10,141 bases of DNA from contig CALKOM010000119.1 in NCBI GenBank assembly GCA_938091905.1, positions 1-10,141 on the forward strand. The letters are read 5' to 3'. Source of the DNA: an uncultured Verrucomicrobiales bacterium (GTDB taxonomy: Bacteria > Verrucomicrobiota > Verrucomicrobiia > Verrucomicrobiales > DEV007). Below the pieces are notes generated by a model. That model was not told where the DNA came from. It saw nothing but the letters and a program-made list of their open reading frames with translations, and ran no database searches. Both the position numbers and the translations under genes were made by a program. This document shows positions 1 to 6,200 of this stretch, one piece after another; the stretch's first letter is position 1; every line of letters begins with the position of its first letter.

Positions 1-1083
1 CAGGCTCCGAAGCCCCTCGAAGGTCATGATCGGAAATGGGATTTAATTCATGACGCTGATCTTCTTTATCCGAAGCTAGGCGCTGAATTGGGCGATCTTG
101 ATACCTGCGCAAAGACTGCATGGCGAAATTCTGTCCGGTGCATCGGGAGGAGGCTTTGGAAGGCTTTGGAGGTAATCGACGCCCGATCCGTCACTACTTC
201 AGACGAAATCTTCGAGGCACTCATCGTTCACCTTCGAAAAGCTACCAATGGGGGAAAGGTCAAGCCAGTAATGACTGTTTTTCGGGAGTGGTTGCCAGAT
301 GAACCGGAAATTCGCATTTGGAACAACCAGTTGATCCGTTATGCGGGCTATGAGAGTGCAACTGGGCCAACGCTTGGTGACCCGATGAACATTGAGCTAA
401 CAAGACTGGCATTGTCTCTTGGATGGCGCCCCCCCGCAGAGCCCGGTCCATTTGACATCTTGCCGGTAATTATTCAATCGGGAGAAGATCTCCGCTTTTA
501 CGACCTCCCGAAGCAAGAAGTTCGCGAAGTTAGAATCCGGCACCCTGAATACCCGGGTCTAGAGCAGATGGGCTTGCGATGGCACGCGGTTCCGGTTGTC
601 TCAGACATGATTTTTGCAACGGGATCCGCTCTCTATCCTTGTGCGCCCTTCAACGGTCATTATCTCGGAACTGAGATTGGTGCGCGCAACCTAGGAGACA
701 CAAATCGTTATAATTTTCTACCGGAAGTCGCGGACAGACTCGGTTTTGATACGACAAAGCGCAGGAGCCTTTGGAAAGATCATGCGCTCATCATTCTAAA
801 CGAAGCGGTCCTGTGGTCATTTGACAACGAAGGAGTTCGGATCGCGGACCATCACGGAGTATCTGACGATTTCGTGAAATTCTGTGAACAGGAGACCAAA
901 GAGGGCCGCGAGGTCAGTGCTGATTGGAGCTGGATCGTTCCTCCAATTTCGGGGTCGGCCACTTCGGTCTTCCATCGGCAGTTCAATCAGAAGCCGGTCT
1001 ACCCAAACTTTCTGCTTCAGGTGCCTGCTTGGCAGACGAAGAGAGGTAGGCACCTGCTATCCTCGTTAGGAATTCAGCAATAG
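1..1083 (+). CDS. nos: Nitric oxide synthase, oxygenase domain (5'-partial; start probably upstream of the window)
   Basis: Frame +1 is open from base 1 to TAG 1081-1083; the ORF-track start at 88 is only a TTG. NOS motifs: AWRNSVRCIGR (heme Cys, 139-141), IWNNQLIRYAGY, PFNGHYLGTEIGARN (substrate Glu 673-675), RYN, DHH, ADWSWIVPPISGS..VFH. The stop follows shortly after the oxygenase domain, so there is no C-terminal reductase. Confidence 0.95.
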   Translation, partial: QAPKPLEGHDRKWDLIHDADLLYPKLGAELGDLDTCAKTAWRNSVRCIGRRLWKALEVIDARSVTTSDEIFEALIVHLRKATNGGKVKPVMTVFREWLPDEPEIRIWNNQLIRYAGYESATGPTLGDPMNIELTRLALSLGWRPPAEPGPFDILPVIIQSGEDLRFYDLPKQEVREVRIRHPEYPGLEQMGLRWHAVPVVSDMIFATGSALYPCAPFNGHYLGTEIGARNLGDTNRYNFLPEVADRLGFDTTKRRSLWKDHALIILNEAVLWSFDNEGVRIADHHGVSDDFVKFCEQETKEGREVSADWSWIVPPISGSATSVFHRQFNQKPVYPNFLLQVPAWQTKRGRHLLSSLGIQQ

Positions 1084-1098
1084 GGTGTCTCTCGTTTC

Positions 1099-1237
1099 AA
1101 AAAACGTTATTCTCGAATCTAAAAGCTAGAGTTATTTCGCCCACTGGCAGCGATTCCAGCAACTCCAATACAAGGATTAGCCCTGTTGCCTTCGAGCAAA
1201 CTTAGAGCTGCTTTTATTTTTGGGGGGCTCGTTAGGC
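1099..1237 (-). mobile_element. Degenerate attC-like site (candidate)
   Basis: On the - strand, GCCTAAC (1237-1231, RYYYAAC) ... AAC-GTT (GTT at 1105-1103). The inner inverted repeat TAAAAGC (1120-1126)/GCTTTTA (1210-1216) lies 14 nt from each core, with further G-T pairing. The R' side is poor (GTTTTTT). Confidence 0.35.
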
Positions 1238-1355
1238 AATTTCTTTCAAAAATCTGCGCTCGACCAACCATTGCTGTTTGGTCGTACGAAGAAGCCATCG
1301 TTCATTCGCATCAAGCGAACTGAACGGAAGCCGAACGTTGCAGACAAGTCTTTTT

Positions 1356-1479
1356 TGCTAATGTCGATCAAAAGCGACGGCTGATCGGGGGCTACTTTGA
1401 TGCAGGATAGAAATTGAAATACAGTGATTCATTAAGCCCTGGAGCAGATCAGCCGTTTCTCCCCATGCGCTTGTTCGCT
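1356..1479 (-). mobile_element. attC-like recombination site, R' core mutated
   Basis: On the - strand it begins AGCGAAC-AAG 7 nt after the stop of the 1487-1864 ORF. It has a perfect 10-bp inverted repeat ACGGCTGATC (1377-1386)/GATCAGCCGT (1447-1456) and ends GAC-ATTAGCA where GAC-GTTAG would be expected. The R''-side arm is 2 nt longer (16 vs 14), as expected for extrahelical bases. Confidence 0.6.
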
Positions 1480-1486
1480 GCCGTCG

Positions 1487-1864
1487 CTATAGCGACACCT
1501 GAGAAAAGGTCACACGGTTTTCGCCCACCGTGAAAATAATCATTCCATTCATTGACGTTACGTAGCCCACCTCGTCTCTGGAAGAGCCGTCAACCGTGAC
1601 ACCAATCGAGCCTTCGCCGGTCTCGCTAACCGCGGACCGTGAAGAAACTCCAGCCCTCACATCAACTTCAATCTCTTCGCCGTTAGGAAATACCAGTCTT
1701 ACCTTATGATCTTCGGTCGTCGCGTTCACGACGACAATCTGGCCCTCTAGCATGAATTTTCTGTCATAGAATCCTCGGCCAAACCAAGTCGAAGCAACAA
1801 AGATTGGAAGAAACAGGGCTAACGTGATCGTAGCGAGTCTAGATTGTGATTTCGTTCTTTTCAT
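1487..1864 (-). CDS. Hypothetical membrane-anchored/exported protein (125 aa), putative gene cassette ORF
   Basis: ATG at 1864 gives MKRTKSQSR, then a hydrophobic helix (LATITLALFLPIFVASTWF) and a beta-rich domain (IVVVNAT..VRLVF..IEVDV..GSIGVTVDG..VGYVT). An alternative ATG is at 1915. The ORF-track start at 1969 lies inside the upstream attC-like site. It is flanked by attC-like sites. Confidence 0.75.
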   Translation of the reverse strand: MKRTKSQSRLATITLALFLPIFVASTWFGRGFYDRKFMLEGQIVVVNATTEDHKVRLVFPNGEEIEVDVRAGVSSRSAVSETGEGSIGVTVDGSSRDEVGYVTSMNGMIIFTVGENRVTFSQVSL

Positions 1865-1933
1865 GATGATAGAATGGTTGAGGAGTGTGAAAGCTGTGTG
1901 AACGGCGAGCGTCATGCTGGTCAAATTGTCTTT

Positions 1934-2064
1934 ACAGAACGTCTGAAGCTCCCAGCCACTCCCTGACAAGGAAGGATGATCTCGAGGTTGTACTTCATCT
2001 TTAAGTTTGGCCTAGAAAGGAAAATACAGCCATGAGAGTGATCGGGAGTGCTGTTTTGTTCGGC
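1934..2064 (-). mobile_element. attC-like recombination site (131 bp)
   Basis: The - strand reads GCCGAAC-AAAAC-AGCACTCCCGATCACTCTC...GGGAGTGGCTGGGAGCT-TCAGAC-GTTCTGT. It has AAC/GTT cores, 5-6 nt spacers and imperfect complementary arms, and lies between two co-oriented ORFs. Confidence 0.65.
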
Positions 2065-2066
2065 AT

Positions 2067-2449
2067 TCAGTATTTGTTCGCCCGAAAGTTTCGGCAACCA
2101 ACGCTCAAATTCATTCTCCTCGTTACGGTAGACCGGCATAAGTCAAAGACTTCAGAAGTCGTTCCTACAAATAATCTTTGGAGGGATTTCCGCCCGATCA
2201 GGACTATCCCGCAAGCACTCGACGTAATCGTATCCAGCTGCGGTGCGGACATCGTCAGATCCATTATTAAAGCGCCCCTCGCAATGCCTGCAGAAGCGAG
2301 TGAATAGGTCAACTGGAGGACTCGCATAGTTTTCCGAAGTGATCATTCAGTTCGACCCAAAGTATCATCGAACTATCAACGGCTCTCGCAGTGACTAAGG
2401 AATAAAGCTCTCGCAGATGAGAGGGAGTCTTTCCACGCCAACGGCTCAT
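2067..2449 (-). pseudogene. Disrupted small hypothetical gene (cassette ORF)
   Basis: ATG at 2449, 13 nt past the GTTCGGC core (2469-2463), reads MSRWRGKTPSHLRELYSLVTARAVDSSMILWVELNDHFGKLCES. A frameshift near ~2320 leads to SPPVDLFTRFCRHCEGRFNNGSDDVRTAAGYDYVECLRDSPDRAEIPPKIICRNDF*SL*LMPVYRNEENEFERWLPKL. ORFs 2152-2346 and 1921-2139 share a frame and are separated by TGA at 2152-2154 and 2143-2145. The 3' end is approximate. Confidence 0.55.
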
Positions 2450-2462
2450 TATTCAATTCTTC

Positions 2463-2616
2463 GCCGAACGTCTGAAGAGAGCCTCCACTCTTAGACGGGG
2501 CATTTTAGTCGCCGGGTTACTACTGCGAGTGGCAATTAACCATAAAAAATATAATAATTTGAAAAGGGCTGGTTAAGGTCCAGATGCTGATTCAGTCGGC
2601 TACGGTGTGGAGGGTT
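2463..2616 (-). mobile_element. Truncated attC-like site (R' end intact)
   Basis: The - strand ends CTTCAGAC-GTTCGGC. The 12-mer GAACGTCTGAAG (2466-2477) is identical to 1937-1948 at the R' end of the next site. Arm pair CCTCCAC (2482-2488)/GTGGAGG (2607-2613). No correctly spaced R'' was found. Confidence 0.45.
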
Positions 2617-2843
2617 GATGGGATAGGCAGGTTATGGACCTCATGCTTCCAGTTACTCGAATGGTTCACCCCTTTAGGTGTCGCACTAAGAAAATTACTG
2701 CACCGGCGCTCGATCGCGGAGCGATTGGCGATGTCAGCCCGGAGAGTGAAAGCAGGAACGAGATTTCGTCAGGGTAAGTTTGGAGACATTTCCTACATTG
2801 CTGGAAGCCTCATCCCTGAGCCGCTCGGGCTTGGGAAGAAGAG

Positions 2844-2925
2844 TACCGGGGACAGGAATCGAACCTGCACGGGTTACCCCACTTGATCCTAAATCAAGCG
2901 CGTCTACCAATTTCGCCACCCCGGC
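2844..2925 (-). tRNA. tRNA-Leu (anticodon TAG), CCA not encoded
   Basis: The - strand reads GCCGGGG-TG-GCGAAATTGGTAGACGC-G-CTTGA-TTTAGGA-TCAAG-TGGGGTAACCCGT-GCAGG-TTCGATT-CCTGT-CCCCGGT-A. It has an acceptor stem, D-loop GG, TAG anticodon, long variable arm, T-loop and discriminator A, and is followed by CTC rather than CCA. Confidence 0.97.
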
Positions 2926-3255
2926 CTAGGACTGACATAGGCGATTTAGACCAGCATGGCGGTGTGCTCAACTAGGAATTTTGATTCTCTTCAAAGGCTT
3001 AGTGTGAATTGATCGTTCCACGCTCAGTTAGGGAAACCCGTAGAAGATTCGGGGGACAATGCCTTTGCCAAGTAGGCTTACTTCCAATCGCACGATTAAC
3101 CGTTCCACTACTCAGAACGTTTCATTCATTCGGATAAACGAACAATCTGGTGGGCCGTGCCCCAGATACCGTCGGTTATCGGATGAGCTACTCACCAAGT
3201 TTGTGCGATAGCGATCATGCTGGCTAACTCTCGGCCCCGTGTGTAAAGTAATAGG

Positions 3256-6200
3256 ATGCACCGTTGGGTCCTCTTTGCTCTTCTTCCACTGACAACGCTC
3301 GTCCACGCTCAAGTCGATTCCGTGGTGGTCTTTAACGAGATTCACTATCACCCGACGGGTGGTGGAAGCGCGGCCGAGTTCATCGAGCTTTACAATCAGA
3401 ACTCGGTGGATGTGGATTTGTCAGGCTGGGAGCTGCGGGGCGCTGGGAATTTCGTCTTTCCAAAGAAGAGCCTCATTGAGGGGCGGAGCTATCTCGTGAT
3501 TGCCGTTGACCCTGAGACCCTTCTTCTTCCTCAGGCTTTGGGACCATTGACAGGAACTCTTTCAGATGGCGGCGAGCGCCTGACTTTGCATAATCACAAT
3601 GGACGCATCATGGATCAGATTGACTACAATGACCGGCATCCCTGGCCTGTCGGGGCAGATGGTTCTGGCGCGAGTCTATCTAAGCGCGATCCGATGGCGA
3701 GCAGCGGCTCTGCGAGCAACTGGGCGAGTTCGAGGTCGCTTGGAGGTTCGCCGGGCGAGTCTAACGATACATTAATCGATCCGACTGCCGTTTTCAGTGA
3801 GGTGCCTGGTCGCGATGCCGAGTCGCTTTGGATCGAACTGTTTCACGCTGGAAGCATCGACCTCGATTTGGATTCGTTGGTGATTCGGACAGATCAAGCA
3901 GCCGAACTTCCGTTGGAGGGTAAGCTAGCGCCTGGAGGCTATGCAAACCTCTCGACGACTTTCGATGCCTTAGTCGTTCAACAGCTCTATCTCATTGATC
4001 AAGACGCTCAAACGCTTCTTGACGCCATTGATCTTAAGAACTCACCCCAGGCACGGACCGATTATCCGAGTGGGGAGTTCTACCACCCAACCGAAGCGAC
4101 GCCGGGCGTAGCCAACGTGGTTGTCCTGGAAGATCAAGTGGTCATCAACGAGGTGATGTACAATCACCGGCCGCACTATGCAGATGAGGACGGTGGCTCC
4201 GAGTATGAGGAAGTTGACGAGGAGTGGATTGAGCTGACGAATCGTGGAGACACACCGGTCGACCTTAGTAGTTGGCGCTTGCGAGGCGGTCTTTCCTACA
4301 CGATCGAGGAGGGAACAATTCTTGCTCCAGGAGGCTTCTTGGTCATTGCGAACGACAAGCAAGCGCTTGAGGCAAAGTATCCTGACATTGCCATTCTAGG
4401 AAACGTTGATGGAACGCTCTCAAATAGTGGCGAGCGAATTGAGTTGCAGGATCCACTTGGCAATCCGGCGGATGCGTTCCACTACTACGATGACGCACCG
4501 TGGCCTGCAGATGCGGATGGCGGTGGGTCCAGCATGGAGTTGAAACATCCAGGCATGGACAACAGCCGGCCAGAGGCGTGGGCGGCGAGTGACGAAAGCC
4601 TCCAGTCTGAGTGGCATACCTACAGCTATCGGGCTGTGGCGAGACGGCCTGTGTATACGGCGAATGTCCGTTCCTTTCACGAGCTTCGCCTGGGCTTTCT
4701 CCAGCCGGGACGTTGCCTTATCGACAACGTGACGGTGACCGAAGATCCGGATGGCACGGCGCAGAACCTGGTGCGGAACCGGACGTTTGGAAGCCTCTTT
4801 GCACCCATCACTTCCAGCAATTGGCGTTTGCTGGGAACCCACGGTCAGTCGGAAGCGATCAATGATCCTGAAAAGGGCTCGGTTCTAAAGGTGGTGGCGG
4901 AGGGTTCGATGAACTACCTCAACAATCTGTGTGAGGGTGTGCTCTCGGACGAGGTGAACATCGGGCAGACTTACGAAGTGAGTTTCGAGGCCAAGTGGTT
5001 GGGCGGCAGTCCCCAATTTCGTAGCGAAGTGTATTATAACAAATTTGCCAAGAAGCATTTACTGATCATGCCAGAGAAAAACGGTACTCCGGGAAGGCAG
5101 AACACGGCATGGGAGGCGATTCCAGGTCCCACGTATTCGGCACTTCGTCACGATCCGCCCGTGCCCGAAGCGTCTGAGGACATCACGGTGTCGGTGAGCT
5201 CCGAAGATCCGTCCGGGATTGGCACGATGACGCTCTTTTATCGTCTCGACGACGACGATTGGCAGTCTCAACCGATGGATTTATCCAATACTCGCTATGT
5301 TAGCACGATTGCGGGGCAATCCGATGATACCGTGATTCAGTTCTATATTAAGGGCACGGACGCTGATGGAGGGAGCAGCGTTTACCCTGCACGTGGTCCA
5401 GATAGTGGGGCTTTCATCCGTGTGGATAGTGTCGCGAACACCTCGCTCCGTCAGTCGCTTCGCCTGGCCTTGTCACCTGAGAATGCCCAGGACTTGCACA
5501 CGCCCATCCGTATTCTCTCCAATGAACGTCGTCCGACCACCGTGATCTCCAACGAGCGGGAGATCTTTTACAACTGTGGGCTGCGTTTGCGAGGGAGCAT
5601 GTTTAGCCGAGGGAATGGTGGCGATGCAGGCCTGAATATCAGTTTCCCTGCGGATCAACGATTCCGGGGCACACAATCGAGCATCCTGGTCAGGAAACGG
5701 AATGTTCAGGAGATCCTGGTGAAACACATGGCGAATCAAGCGGTCGGCGTTCCGGCGAGCTACAATGATCTGTTAGAACTGAGGGGGTATCGTAGCAACT
5801 CGTCTTGGTCCGGACTTGCCCGTCTTGAGATGGCGCGGTTTGGAGAGAACTATGTGAAAGGTGCCTTTGAGAATGGTGATACGGGTCCCGTTTTCAAGAT
5901 GGAGGGCATTCGTGACTTTCAGTCGGCCGGCGCAGGCGATGTGAAGAACCCGATGCCGATTGGTTGGATTGTGGCGTTCGATCTTGCGGACTTGGGCGAG
6001 GACCGAGAGCAGTACCGGCATGTGTTGCGCTTGATCAGTGCTCGCAAGCGTGACGAATACTCTAGAATTATCGCCCTTTGTCAGGCTTTCGGGTCGCCAA
6101 GTGATGAGGACTTTCGTGAACGATTAGAAGCGGTCATCGATACTGATCAATGGATGCGAGTGCTGGCCATGCAAACGCTGTGTGGCATCGCCGATGTCTA

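Noticed and set aside
1..1237. nos itself as a + strand gene cassette ending at GTTAGGC (1231-1237)
   Set aside because: The R'' would be AAAAAAC, and the site's polarity fits the - strand array better. The 5' boundary is outside the window, so it is not testable here.
2377..2447. Short direct repeats GCTCTCGCAG (2382, 2407) and CAACGGCTC (2377, ~2440) as CRISPR or attI repeats
   Set aside because: Only 9-10 bp, two copies each, irregular spacing, and inside the putative cassette pseudogene; no cas genes.
2584..2919. ORFs 2584-2886 (+) and 2734-2919 (-)
   Set aside because: Both overlap tRNA-Leu; their peptides (GDRNRTCTG, MAKLVDALDLGS) are translations of tRNA sequence.
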